From contig NC_008340.1 in NCBI RefSeq assembly GCF_000014785.1, positions 1,110,001 through 1,142,000 of the forward strand: a stretch of DNA of 32,000 nt, in the 5' to 3' direction. The notes beneath the pieces are model-generated. The model was given only the letters and a program-made list of their open reading frames with translations. It ran no database searches and was not told where the DNA came from. Below, one piece after another: positions 7,577 through 17,494 of the stretch; the stretch's first letter is position 1, and each line of letters opens with the position of its first letter. Source of the stretch: Alkalilimnicola ehrlichii MLHE-1. Its GTDB lineage: Bacteria > Pseudomonadota > Gammaproteobacteria > Nitrococcales > Halorhodospiraceae. The position numbers and the translations under genes are program-made.

Positions 7577-9697
7577 ATGAACGCCACCCTGATGGACAAT
7601 CTGCGCAGTGTCGGCCCGCTGGGCCTGGGTACGCCCCTGCTGGTGGTGGCCCTGCTGATGATGCTGGTGGTGCCGCTGCCGCCCATCGGGCTGGATCTGC
7701 TGTTCACCTTCAACATCGTGCTCTCGCTGTCCATCCTGCTGGTCACTGTCTACGCCATGCGGCCGCTGGACTTCGCGGTCTTCCCCACCATCCTGCTCAT
7801 CGCCACCCTGCTGCGCCTGGCGCTGAACGTGGCCTCCACCCGGATCATCCTGCTCGACGGCCATACCGGTACCGCAGCCGCCGGGCGGGTGATCGAGTCC
7901 TTCGGCGAGTTCGTCATCGGTGGCAACTACGCCGTCGGCCTGGTGGTCTTCACCATCCTGATCATCATCAACTTCGTGGTGGTCACCAAGGGGGCCGGCC
8001 GGGTGGCCGAGGTCTCCGCCCGCTTTACCCTGGATGCGCTGCCTGGCAAGCAGATGGCCATCGACGCCGATCTGAACGCCGGCATTATCGACCAGAAGCA
8101 GGCCAAGGAGCGGCGCGAGGAGGTGGCCCGCGAGGCCGACTTCTACGGCTCCATGGATGGCGCGAGCAAGTTCGTCCGCGGCGATGCCATCGCCGGCATC
8201 CTGATCCTGGTCATCAATCTGGTCGGCGGGCTGTCCATCGGCATGCTGCAGCACGACATGATCTTTGGCGATGCCGTGCGCAACTATTCGCTGCTAACCA
8301 TCGGCGACGGACTGGTGGCGCAGATCCCCTCGCTGGTGCTCTCCACCGCCACCGCCATCATCGTCACCCGGGTAGCGGACAGCCAGAAGATGAGCGACGC
8401 GGTCACCGGGCAACTGTTCAGCAACCCGCGGGTGCTCTGGGTGGTGGGCGGTGTCATCTTCTTCCTGGGGCTGATCCCGGGCATGCCGCTGTTGCCCTTC
8501 GCCTTTTTCGGCACCGTCTGCCTCACCGCCGCCTACCTGATTACCCAGCGCCAGAAGGAGGTCGCCGAGGCCGAGGCGCAGGCCGGTGCCAAGGCCAGCG
8601 GTGAGCAGGCCGAGGCCAAGTCGCCGGAGCAGCGCGAGCTCAGCTGGGACGACGTACCGCCGGTGGACGTGGTGGGCCTGGAGGTGGGTTACGGCCTGAT
8701 CCCGATGGTGGACCGCAACCAGGGCGGCCAGTTGCTCACCCGGATCAAGGGGGTGCGCAAGAAGCTCTCGCAGGACCTCGGCTTTCTCATCCAGCCGGTG
8801 CACATCCGCGACAACCTGGACCTGGGCCCCAACACCTACCGGATCTCCATCAAGGGGGTGCCGGTGGCCGAGGCAGAGGTGCAGCCCGGGCGCGAACTGG
8901 CCATCAACCCCGGCAGCGTTCAGGGCCAGGTCAAGGGCATCCCCACCAAGGACCCGGCCTTCGGCCTGGAGGCGGTCTGGATCGAGCCCTCGCAGCGGGA
9001 TTACGCCCAGACCCTCGGCTACACGGTGGTGGACACCAGCACGGTGATCGCCACCCACCTGTCGCAACTGGTGCAGCAGAACGCCCACCGCCTGCTGGGG
9101 CACGAGGAGGTGCAGAAGCTGCTGGATATCCTCGCCCAGAGCCAGCCCAAGCTGGTGGAGGAGGTGGTGCCCAACACCCTGCCGTTGTCGGTGGTGGTGA
9201 AGGTGCTGCAGAACCTGCTGGAGGAGCGCATCCCGGTGCGCGACATGCGCAGCATTGTCGAGATCCTGGCCGAGTACGGGGCGCGCAGCAAGGACCCGGC
9301 CCAGCTCACCCAGGCGGCGCGCGAGGCACTGGGCCGCCAGATCGTGCAGAACATCGCCGGCATGACCCGGGAGCTGCCGGTGATGACCCTGGATCCGCAA
9401 CTGGAACAGATGTTGCTAAATGCAATACAGGGCGGCGGGGAAACGTCGGGCGGCTTCGAGCCGGGCCTGGCCGAGCGCCTCCAGCAGTCGTTGGCGGACA
9501 CCACCCGCAAGCAGGAGATGGCGGGTCAGCCGGCGGTCCTGCTCACCTCGCCGCAACTGAGGAGTTGGCTGCAGCGGCTTATCCGCCACAGCGTGCCCAG
9601 CCTGCACGTGCTCTCGTACAACGAGATCCCGGATGACCGCCAGGTTCGCATCGTAGCCACCGTAGGCCAGCAACAGCAGGTCGGCGGCGGCCAATAA
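7577..9697 (+). CDS. flhA: Flagellar export apparatus protein FlhA
   Basis: 706 aa; FHIPEP-like family motif region FAVFPTILLIATLLRLALNVASTRIILL. Confidence 0.98.
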   Translation: MNATLMDNLRSVGPLGLGTPLLVVALLMMLVVPLPPIGLDLLFTFNIVLSLSILLVTVYAMRPLDFAVFPTILLIATLLRLALNVASTRIILLDGHTGTAAAGRVIESFGEFVIGGNYAVGLVVFTILIIINFVVVTKGAGRVAEVSARFTLDALPGKQMAIDADLNAGIIDQKQAKERREEVAREADFYGSMDGASKFVRGDAIAGILILVINLVGGLSIGMLQHDMIFGDAVRNYSLLTIGDGLVAQIPSLVLSTATAIIVTRVADSQKMSDAVTGQLFSNPRVLWVVGGVIFFLGLIPGMPLLPFAFFGTVCLTAAYLITQRQKEVAEAEAQAGAKASGEQAEAKSPEQRELSWDDVPPVDVVGLEVGYGLIPMVDRNQGGQLLTRIKGVRKKLSQDLGFLIQPVHIRDNLDLGPNTYRISIKGVPVAEAEVQPGRELAINPGSVQGQVKGIPTKDPAFGLEAVWIEPSQRDYAQTLGYTVVDTSTVIATHLSQLVQQNAHRLLGHEEVQKLLDILAQSQPKLVEEVVPNTLPLSVVVKVLQNLLEERIPVRDMRSIVEILAEYGARSKDPAQLTQAAREALGRQIVQNIAGMTRELPVMTLDPQLEQMLLNAIQGGGETSGGFEPGLAERLQQSLADTTRKQEMAGQPAVLLTSPQLRSWLQRLIRHSVPSLHVLSYNEIPDDRQVRIVATVGQQQQVGGGQ

Positions 9698-9715
9698 AGG
9701 ACAAGAGGGCAGGCG

Positions 9716-11116
9716 ATGAAGATCCAGCGCATATTCGCCGAGGACATGCGGCAGGCCATCCGTAAGGTGCGCGAGGAGCACGGCCCCGAGGCCGTGATCC
9801 TCTCCACCAAGCCGGTTGAGGGTGGGGTGGAGGTGATCTCCGCCATCGACTACGACGAGCGGGCCGTGCAGCAGGCGGCGGGTGGCGCCGGCGAGCGGGG
9901 GGCGGGGCGTCCCGGCGGTTTGCCGCTGGGGGCCATCGGCGAGAACCGCCACCGCCGTCAGACGACCGCGGAGGCGGCCGCCGCTGGCGGGGCGTCCCGG
10001 CGGCAGGTGGACATCACCGTGGGCGACGATGACGACGGGGAGGCCCTGTTCGCCGATCTCCAGGCCGCCCATGAGCAGTCCAGTCGCGAGGCGGCGGCGC
10101 AGCAACCGGCGGCGGGGGAACGGCCTGTGCGGCGCCGGGGCCGAGGGGCTGAGACCGCGCCCCGGGTGGAGTGGGCCCAGGACCCGGCCATGAATGAGAT
10201 GCGCGAGGAGCTGCGCCAGTTGCGCGGGTTGTTCGAGAGTCAGCTCAGCCTGATGGAGTGGGGCCGGATGGGGCAGCGGCACCCGGCCCGGGCCGGGCTG
10301 CTCAAGCGCCTGGCCGATATGGGGATGGGCAGTGACGTGGCCCGCCGCCTGGCCGACCACATCCCCGCCGAGGCGGAACCGGGCGAGGCCTGGGCCCGTG
10401 CCCTGGCGATCATCGAGCGCAACCTGCAGGTGGCCGAGGACGACATCCTGGAGCAGGGCGGGGTGATGGCCCTGGTGGGGCCCACCGGGGTGGGCAAGAC
10501 CACCACCGTGGCCAAGCTGGCGGCGCGCTTTGCCCTTAAGCACGGCCGCGATCAGGTGGCCCTGGTCTCCACCGATACCTTCCGCATCGGCGCCCAGGAC
10601 CAGTTGCGCAATTTCGCCAGCATCCTGCAAGTGCCGGTCTACAACGCCGCCAGCGGCGAGGAGCTGGCCGGGGTATTGGAGAATCTCGATGACAAGCGGT
10701 TGGTGCTGGTGGACACGGCGGGCATGAGCCAGCGTGACGTGCGCCTTGCCGAGCAGTTCACGGCCCTGCGCGAGAGCAGTCGGCGACTGCGCACCTGCCT
10801 GGTCCTGTCGGCGGCGACCCAGTTGAGCACGCTGACCGAATCCATGCGCGCCTTCGCGGTGGCGGAGCCGCAGGGCTGCATCTTCACCAAACTGGATGAG
10901 GCCACCAGCCTGGGCGGGCTGCTCACCGTGGCCCTGCGTAGCCGGCTGCCCATCGCCTGGCTGGGGACCGGACAACGGGTGCCGGAAGACCTTGAGGTTG
11001 CCAGGGGTGATAGACTAGCCGAACTAGCTAGTACCTTGGTGGAGGAGTGCCACCAGGAAGTGGACGAGGAGGCCCTGGCGCTGAGCCTGGGCGGTTCAAG
11101 GCATGCAGGCGAGTAA
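9716..11116 (+). CDS. flhF: Flagellar SRP-type GTPase FlhF
   Basis: MKIQRIFAEDMRQAIRKVREEHGPEAVILS N-terminus; G-domain GPTGVGKTTTVAKLAARF and DTAGMSQRD. Confidence 0.97.
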   Translation: MKIQRIFAEDMRQAIRKVREEHGPEAVILSTKPVEGGVEVISAIDYDERAVQQAAGGAGERGAGRPGGLPLGAIGENRHRRQTTAEAAAAGGASRRQVDITVGDDDDGEALFADLQAAHEQSSREAAAQQPAAGERPVRRRGRGAETAPRVEWAQDPAMNEMREELRQLRGLFESQLSLMEWGRMGQRHPARAGLLKRLADMGMGSDVARRLADHIPAEAEPGEAWARALAIIERNLQVAEDDILEQGGVMALVGPTGVGKTTTVAKLAARFALKHGRDQVALVSTDTFRIGAQDQLRNFASILQVPVYNAASGEELAGVLENLDDKRLVLVDTAGMSQRDVRLAEQFTALRESSRRLRTCLVLSAATQLSTLTESMRAFAVAEPQGCIFTKLDEATSLGGLLTVALRSRLPIAWLGTGQRVPEDLEVARGDRLAELASTLVEECHQEVDEEALALSLGGSRHAGE

Positions 11117-11984
11117 CACGGATTCCGATCAGGCAGCAGGACTGAGACGCATGGCTAATCCCAGACCGGTCAAGGTCATTGCCGTAACCAGCGGCAAGGG
11201 CGGTGTCGGCAAGACCAACGTGTCCGTCAACCTGGCGGCGGCACTCAGTGCGCAGAAGCAGCGCGTCATGCTCATGGACGCGGACCTGGGGCTTGCCAAC
11301 GTGGATGTGATGCTCGGTCTGTCGCCGCGAAAGAACCTCTCCCACGTCATTGACGGCACGGCCAGCCTGGAGGAGGTGCTGCTCCAGGCGCCCGGGGACT
11401 TCACCATCGTGCCGGCCTCGTCGGGCACCCAGCGCATGGCCGAACTCACCCCCGCGGAGCATGCCGGGCTGATCCGCAGCTTCAGCGAGCTCAATCACGA
11501 GCTGGACTACCTGCTGGTGGATACCGCCGCCGGCATCTCCGACGGTGTCATGAGCTTCGCCAAGGCCTCGCGCGAGGTCCTGGTGGTGGTCTGTGACGAG
11601 CCCTCCTCCATCACCGATGCCTACGCCCTGATCAAGGTGCTCAACCGCGACCACGGGGTGGAGCGCTTTCACATGGTGGCCAACCGGGTGCGTTCCCCCG
11701 AGGAGGGCCGGCAGTTGTTCCGCAAGCTCTCCGCCGCCACCGACCGGTTCCTGGACCTGGCCATCGACTACGTGGGCATGGTCCCCGAGGACGACTGCCT
11801 GCGCCGTGCGGTGCAGAAGCAGCAGCCGGTGGTGACCAGTTACCCGGGCAGCCCGGCCGCGCGGGCCTTCAAGGACATGGCCATGCGGGTGCGTAAGTGG
11901 CCCTCGCCGGCGCATCTGGCCGGCACCCTGGAGTTCTTCGTGGAGCGCCTGGTGCAACACAGCACCGGGGAGGTGTCCTCATGA
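11103..11984 (+). CDS. fleN: Flagellar number regulator, MinD/ParA-like ATPase FleN/FlhG
   Basis: VIAVTSGKGGVGKTNVSVNLAAAL deviant Walker A; directly after flhF, overlapping it. Confidence 0.96.
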   Translation: MQASNTDSDQAAGLRRMANPRPVKVIAVTSGKGGVGKTNVSVNLAAALSAQKQRVMLMDADLGLANVDVMLGLSPRKNLSHVIDGTASLEEVLLQAPGDFTIVPASSGTQRMAELTPAEHAGLIRSFSELNHELDYLLVDTAAGISDGVMSFAKASREVLVVVCDEPSSITDAYALIKVLNRDHGVERFHMVANRVRSPEEGRQLFRKLSAATDRFLDLAIDYVGMVPEDDCLRRAVQKQQPVVTSYPGSPAARAFKDMAMRVRKWPSPAHLAGTLEFFVERLVQHSTGEVSS

Positions 11985-12709
11985 ACGGACATGCCATGTA
12001 CGCCGAGGTGGCGGCTCAGCACGACAACGATCTGCTGGTGCAGCACGCCTCGCTGGTCAAACGCATCGCTCACCACTTGGCCGGCCGTTTGCCGCCCAGT
12101 GTGCAATTGGACGATTTGATCCAGGCCGGCATGGTGGGCCTGCTGGAGGCGGCGCGGCAGTTCGACCCCGGTCAGGGGGCCAGCTTTCAGACCTACGCCG
12201 GTATCCGGATCCGCGGCGCGATGCTGGACGAGATCCGGCGGCTGGACTGGACCCCGCGCTCGGTACACCGCAAGGGCCGCTCGGTGGCCGAGGCCATCCG
12301 GGCCGTGGAGCATCGGACCGGGCGAGATGCCCGCGACCACGAGGTGGCCCAGGAGCTGGGCATCACCCTCGATGAGTACCACCAGATCCTGCAGGATGTC
12401 TCCACATCCCGCATCTTCAGCATCGACCAGGAGGATCCGGCCACCGGCGAGCCCCATCAGTTGCCCGGGGATCATCCGGAGCCGTTCGCCGAGATCACGG
12501 ACGAGGGCTTCCAGAGGGCACTGGCCGAGGCCATCCGCCGGCTGCCCGAACGGGAGCAGCTCATCATGGCCCTGTACTACGACGAGGAACTCAACCTGCG
12601 CGAGATCGGCGAGGTGTTGAATGTCACCGAGTCACGCGTCAGCCAGATCCACGGTCGGATTGTGGTCAAGCTGCGAGAGGCGTTAAAGGAATGGCTCGGC
12701 CGGAGCTGA
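11981..12709 (+). CDS. fliA: Flagellar sigma factor FliA (sigma28)
   Basis: Sigma70 family with YAGIRIRGAMLDEIRRLDW and a region 4 HTH. ATG at 11981 overlaps the fleN stop. Confidence 0.96.
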   Translation: MNGHAMYAEVAAQHDNDLLVQHASLVKRIAHHLAGRLPPSVQLDDLIQAGMVGLLEAARQFDPGQGASFQTYAGIRIRGAMLDEIRRLDWTPRSVHRKGRSVAEAIRAVEHRTGRDARDHEVAQELGITLDEYHQILQDVSTSRIFSIDQEDPATGEPHQLPGDHPEPFAEITDEGFQRALAEAIRRLPEREQLIMALYYDEELNLREIGEVLNVTESRVSQIHGRIVVKLREALKEWLGRS

Positions 12710-12760
12710 GCCGTGCCGAACACCACTGGGCCGGATGCAATTAGGGGGATAGCCATAGCC

Positions 12761-13156
12761 ATGAACAAGAATATGAAGATCCTCATCGTGGACGATTTCT
12801 CGACGATGAGGCGGATCATCAAGAACCTGCTGCGCGACCTGGGCTTCAACAACACGGTGGAGGCGGACGACGGCAAGACGGCGTTGCCCATCCTCAAGCG
12901 CGGCGGCATCGATTTCCTGGTCACCGACTGGAACATGCCGGGCATGAGCGGCCTGGACCTGCTCAAGGAGGTGCGCGCCGACCCGGAGCTCAAGGACCTG
13001 CCGGTGCTCATGGTCACCGCCGAGGCCAAACGGGACCAGATCATCGCGGCGGCCCAGGCCGGGGTCAACGGCTATATCGTCAAGCCCTTCACCGCGGTCA
13101 CCCTGAGGGAGAAGATCGAGAAGATCTTCGAGCGGATCGACGCCGGGGGGGCCTGA
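12761..13156 (+). CDS. cheY: Chemotaxis response regulator CheY
   Basis: 131 aa receiver: [36 protein letters not shown]. Confidence 0.97.
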   Translation: MNKNMKILIVDDFSTMRRIIKNLLRDLGFNNTVEADDGKTALPILKRGGIDFLVTDWNMPGMSGLDLLKEVRADPELKDLPVLMVTAEAKRDQIIAAAQAGVNGYIVKPFTAVTLREKIEKIFERIDAGGA

Positions 13157-13160
13157 ATCC

Positions 13161-13922
13161 ATGGGGCGTGAACAGGACGACACCCTGGCGCAGTACCGGG
13201 AGGCCGCCGAGCGCCTGCTGGCCGCCGTGGAGCAGGGCGATGCCCAAACCGCTGACGCCATCGTCGACGAGTTGACCCACCTGCGCGAGACTGAGCTCTT
13301 CCAGCAGCTGGGGCAGCTCACCCGCGATCTGCACGAGGCCATCAAGTCCTTCAAGCTGGACACCCGGCTGTCGGACATCGCGGCCAACGACATCCCCGAT
13401 GCCCGCGAGCGCCTGAACTACGTCATCACCATGACCGAGCAGGCCGCGCACCGGACGCTGGGCATTATCGAGGAGGCCATGCCGCTCACCGATACGCTGC
13501 GCGACCAGTCCGCCGAGCTGGCCGAGCGCTGGCGCGCCTTTCGCCGCCGTGAGCTCTCCGCCGACGAGTTCCGTACCCTGTCGCGGGATATCGACGGCTT
13601 CCTGGGACGCACCCGGCTCTCCGCCTCCGACCTGCACAGCAAGCTCTCCGAGGCGCTGATGGCCCAGGACTACCAGGACATCACCGGCCAGATTATCCGC
13701 CGGGTCATCGGACTGGTGGAGGAGGTCGAGGAGAACCTGGTGCAGATGGTCGCCCTGTCCGGCAAGGCCCGGGGTGAAGAAACCCGCCGGGCTGCCGATA
13801 AGCCCCGGGAGAGCAAGGAGACCGACATGCGGGGCGAGGGGCCGCAGATGCCCGGCAAGGGCGAGGACGTGGTCAAGGGCCAGGACGACGTGGACGACCT
13901 GCTGTCCAGCCTCGGCTTCTGA
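13161..13922 (+). CDS. cheZ: CheY-P phosphatase CheZ
   Basis: DYQDITGQIIRRVIGLVEEVEENL core and C-terminal CheY-binding peptide QDDVDDLLSSLGF. Confidence 0.95.
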   Translation: MGREQDDTLAQYREAAERLLAAVEQGDAQTADAIVDELTHLRETELFQQLGQLTRDLHEAIKSFKLDTRLSDIAANDIPDARERLNYVITMTEQAAHRTLGIIEEAMPLTDTLRDQSAELAERWRAFRRRELSADEFRTLSRDIDGFLGRTRLSASDLHSKLSEALMAQDYQDITGQIIRRVIGLVEEVEENLVQMVALSGKARGEETRRAADKPRESKETDMRGEGPQMPGKGEDVVKGQDDVDDLLSSLGF

Positions 13923-13991
13923 GCCGTACGCCGCACCGCCCGCCGGCGGGCGCCGGCCGCTCCGCCACCGCATCACAATCAGGGGGCAGGC

Positions 13992-16196
13992 ATGGGGATC
14001 GACATCGAAGACGACATCGTCCAGGACTTCCTGGTGGAGTCCCGGGAAATCCTGGACAACCTCGGTGAACAGCTGGTGGATCTGGAGCAGCGGCCTGACG
14101 ACAAGGACCTGCTCAATGCCGTCTTCCGCGGTTTCCATACCATCAAGGGCGGCGCCGGCTTTCTCAACCTGGACCCGCTGGTGGACGTCTGCCACCGCAC
14201 CGAGGATGTCTTCAACCTGCTGCGCAACGGCGAGCGCACGGTGACCCCGGAGCTGATGGACACCGTGCTGCAGGCGCTGGATGTGGTGGTCAATCAGTTC
14301 AATAGCATCGAGAACGGAGAGGACCCGCAGCCGGCCGCACCGGAGCTGTTACGCGACCTTGAGGCCCTGAATATCACCGACGAGCAGCGCCTGGGCACCG
14401 ACGGTGATGAGGCAGCGTCGACGGCCACCCCCGCCGGCGATGAACCCGCCGCGGCCGGTGAGCCGGAGGGCGACATCAGCGATCGGGAGTTCGAGGCCCT
14501 GCTGGATGCCCTGGAGGAGGAAAAGGGCGAGGGCGACGCTGCGCCGGCGGAGGTCCGGGCGCCGGCGCAAGGCGCCGCCGGCGGTGATGAGATCTCCGAC
14601 GAGGAGTTCGAGGCACTGCTCGACGAGTTGCACGGCAAGGGCCGGCACGCCGGGGTACCGGAGAAGGCGCTGCCCGAGGATGCCGGCGCGACCGCACCGG
14701 CGGATCAGAGCCTGGCGGCCGGTGACGACAGGATCAGCGAGGACGAGTTCGAGGCCCTGCTGGATGACCTGCACGGCAAGGGCGGGGCGCCCGGCAAGCC
14801 GGCCGACGAGGGCGGGCAGCCGGCGCCACCCGCCGGCGCCAGCGCGCCGGGGCAGGCCACCAAACCGGCCGGGCCGCCGCGGACGCAGGCCAGCGCCAAG
14901 CCGGCCGCCAAGCCAGCGCCGGGCGGCGGGGGCACCGGCCAGGGTGGGGGTAATGGCGGAAATGGCCCCGGGAGCGGCGGTGCGGGCAAGGCGCCGGCGC
15001 CCAAGCCCGAGGCCACCGTGCGCGTGGACACCGCCAAGCTGGACGACATCATGAACCTGGTGGGCGAACTGGTGCTGGTGCGCAACCGCCTGGCCACGCT
15101 GCGGGGCGTGTTGGGCGACGAACGCATGGGGCAGGCGGTCTCTGACCTGGAGTTGGTCACCTCCGATCTGCAGACGGCGGTGATGAAGACCCGCATGCAG
15201 CCGATCAAGAAGGTCTTCGGACGCTTCCCGCGGGTGATCCGTGACCTGGCCCGCGGGATGCACAAGGAGATCAAGCTGGAGATGCGCGGCGAGGACACCG
15301 ACCTGGACAAGAACATGGTGGAGGCGCTCGCCGACCCCATGGTCCACCTGGTGCGCAACGCCGTCGACCACGGCATCGAGTCGCCGGAGGAGCGTGAGGC
15401 CGCCGGTAAGCCGCGCACCGGCACGGTGTTGCTGGGTGCCGAGCAGGAGGGGGACCACATCCTGCTCACCATCGCCGATGACGGCCGCGGCATGGATGCC
15501 GAGAAGCTGCGCAATATCGCCGTGGAGAAAGGGGTGATGGATCGGGAGTCGGCCAACCGGCTGGACGAGAAGGAGTGCTACAACCTGATCTTCGCCGCCG
15601 GGTTCTCCACCAAGGAGGAGATCTCCGACGTCTCCGGCCGGGGCGTCGGCATGGACGTGGTCAAGAACAGCATCTCGCGGCTCAACGGCACCGTGGACAT
15701 CGACTCCGAGCTGGGTGTCGGCACCACCATGAAGATCCAGTTGCCGCTGACCCTGGCCATTTTGCCCACGCTGATGGTCAAGGTGGGGGGGCGGAAGTTT
15801 GCGTTGCCCATGTCGGTGGTGCGCGAGATCTTCGAGCTCAACCACAAGCGGACCAATGTGGTGAACGGGCGGCTGGTGGTGATGGTGCGCAACAAGGCCA
15901 TGCCGCTCTTCTTCCTGGAGCGCTGGTTGCAGCAGATGGGTGAGGGCACTGTGCGCAGCATGCGGGAGGCCGGTACCGAGGACGAGCGCCAGGTGGTCAC
16001 CGTGATCCTGGGCAACCAGGCCGTGGGCTTTGTGGTGGACGAGGTCATCGGGCTCGAGGAGGTGGTGATCAAACCGCTGGGGGCCATGCTGCAGGGGCTG
16101 CCGGGCCTGGCCGGATCCACAATCACCGGTGACGGCAAGATTGCGCTCATCGTGGATATCCCCAGCCTGGTGAAGGCCTACGGCGCCCGCCTGTAG
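13992..16196 (+). CDS. cheA: Chemotaxis histidine kinase CheA
   Basis: P1 Hpt motif HTIKGGAGFL; H-box/N/G1/G2 ATPase (MVHLVRNAVDHGIE, GRGVGMDVVK); C-terminal CheW-like domain. Confidence 0.97.
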   Translation: MGIDIEDDIVQDFLVESREILDNLGEQLVDLEQRPDDKDLLNAVFRGFHTIKGGAGFLNLDPLVDVCHRTEDVFNLLRNGERTVTPELMDTVLQALDVVVNQFNSIENGEDPQPAAPELLRDLEALNITDEQRLGTDGDEAASTATPAGDEPAAAGEPEGDISDREFEALLDALEEEKGEGDAAPAEVRAPAQGAAGGDEISDEEFEALLDELHGKGRHAGVPEKALPEDAGATAPADQSLAAGDDRISEDEFEALLDDLHGKGGAPGKPADEGGQPAPPAGASAPGQATKPAGPPRTQASAKPAAKPAPGGGGTGQGGGNGGNGPGSGGAGKAPAPKPEATVRVDTAKLDDIMNLVGELVLVRNRLATLRGVLGDERMGQAVSDLELVTSDLQTAVMKTRMQPIKKVFGRFPRVIRDLARGMHKEIKLEMRGEDTDLDKNMVEALADPMVHLVRNAVDHGIESPEEREAAGKPRTGTVLLGAEQEGDHILLTIADDGRGMDAEKLRNIAVEKGVMDRESANRLDEKECYNLIFAAGFSTKEEISDVSGRGVGMDVVKNSISRLNGTVDIDSELGVGTTMKIQLPLTLAILPTLMVKVGGRKFALPMSVVREIFELNHKRTNVVNGRLVVMVRNKAMPLFFLERWLQQMGEGTVRSMREAGTEDERQVVTVILGNQAVGFVVDEVIGLEEVVIKPLGAMLQGLPGLAGSTITGDGKIALIVDIPSLVKAYGARL
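14472..14783 (+). repeat. Three-copy I-S-(D/E)-x-E-F-E-A-L-L-D-x-L-(H-G-K-G) repeat in the CheA linker
   Basis: DISDREFEALLDAL (14472-14513), DEISDEEFEALLDELHGKG (14586-14642), DRISEDEFEALLDDLHGKG (14727-14783). Confidence 0.9.
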
Positions 16197-16249
16197 GCCG
16201 GGGCTGCTCCCTGGCCCGGTGTTTCACGGACAGAAAGAGGAGGTAGTGG

Positions 16250-17422
16250 GTGAAAGTACGCGCGCTGGTGGTGGATGACTCCGGTTTCTTCCGCCGCCGC
16301 ATCAAATCGATGCTGGAGGAGCACCCGGGCATCGAGGTGGTCGGTGAGGCGGCGAACGGGCGGCAGGCGGTGGAGCAGGCGCAGAAGCTGCGCCCCGATG
16401 TCATCACCATGGACATCGAGATGCCGGAAATGGACGGCATCACCGCCGTGCGCGAGATCATGCGCCGCCAGCCCACTCCGGTGTTGATGTTCTCCTCGCT
16501 CACCTACGATGGCGCGCGGGAGACCCTGGATGCCCTTGATGCCGGCGCCTCGGACTTCATTCCCAAGCGTTTCGCCGATATCTCCGGCGACATGGAGCAG
16601 GTCAAGCGGCAGCTCCAGGAGCGGGTGCTGGCGTTGGGGGGCGGCCGCGGTGCGCCGGCCGGGCGCGCGCCGCGGCCGGCGGCGCCCGTTGACCGCGGGG
16701 CGCGGTCGGAGCGGGCCCGGCCGGCGCCCGGCGAAGCCTCGGGGCGGGCACCGGTGCCACCCACCGGTGCCCGTGCCCGGCCGGAGGCTCCGGTGGCGCC
16801 CACCGGGGCACCCGCAGCGCCTGCGCCGGAGCGGGGTCAGCGCATCCGGCCCGGGGCGCTGAGGCTGGTGGTGATCGGCACCTCCACCGGTGGGCCCGTG
16901 GCGTTGCAGCGGGTCATGAGCCGGCTGCCGGCAGGCTTTCCGCTACCGGTGCTGATCATCCAGCACATGCCGGCAAGCTTCACCCCGGCGTTCGCGGAGC
17001 GTCTGAACGAGCTCTGCCGGATCGAGGTGCGCGAGGCGAAGAACGGGGACGAACTCCGGCCGGGCCAGGCCCTTCTGGCTCCCGGGGGTCGCCAGGCCGG
17101 GGTGGAGGAGCGCGGCGGGAAATTGACGGTGCGGATCTTTGACGCCTCCTCCGATCAGTTTTACAAGCCCAGCGTGGATATCGCCTTCGCCTCCGCGGCC
17201 AAGTACTGCCCGGGCAAGGCCCTGGGCGTGGTGCTGACCGGTATGGGCGCGGACGGCTGCGAGGGTGCCAAGCTGCTTAAGCGCACCGGCGCGCCGATCT
17301 GGTCCCAGGACGAGGCCACCAGCGTCATCTACGGCATGCCCGCCGCGGTGGCTAAGGCCGGGGTCACCGACCGCGTCCTGCCGCTGGATCAGGTGGGTGA
17401 GGAGCTGGCGAAGCTGCGCTAG
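16250..17422 (+). CDS. cheB: Chemotaxis protein-glutamate methylesterase CheB
   Basis: Receiver domain plus methylesterase catalytic motifs (GTSTGGPVALQRV, QHMPASFTPAFAERL, GMGADG). GTG start. Confidence 0.96.
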   Translation: MKVRALVVDDSGFFRRRIKSMLEEHPGIEVVGEAANGRQAVEQAQKLRPDVITMDIEMPEMDGITAVREIMRRQPTPVLMFSSLTYDGARETLDALDAGASDFIPKRFADISGDMEQVKRQLQERVLALGGGRGAPAGRAPRPAAPVDRGARSERARPAPGEASGRAPVPPTGARARPEAPVAPTGAPAAPAPERGQRIRPGALRLVVIGTSTGGPVALQRVMSRLPAGFPLPVLIIQHMPASFTPAFAERLNELCRIEVREAKNGDELRPGQALLAPGGRQAGVEERGGKLTVRIFDASSDQFYKPSVDIAFASAAKYCPGKALGVVLTGMGADGCEGAKLLKRTGAPIWSQDEATSVIYGMPAAVAKAGVTDRVLPLDQVGEELAKLR

Positions 17423-17494
17423 CCCCCGGGGTTGGTCCGCTGATTGCATTCATCGGCCTGGAGACAGGCACCCGGAGGACCCACGGCCAAGCCC

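Noticed and set aside
9416-10975. 519-aa ORF on the - strand
   Set aside because: Antisense to the end of flhA and to flhF; Gly/His/Gln/Leu-rich shadow translation.
14472-14783. CRISPR or transposon-like repeat
   Set aside because: Repeats are protein-level, imperfect at the DNA level, irregularly spaced and in frame within cheA.
14349-15845. 498-aa ORF on the - strand
   Set aside because: Antisense to cheA; shadow ORF from codon bias.
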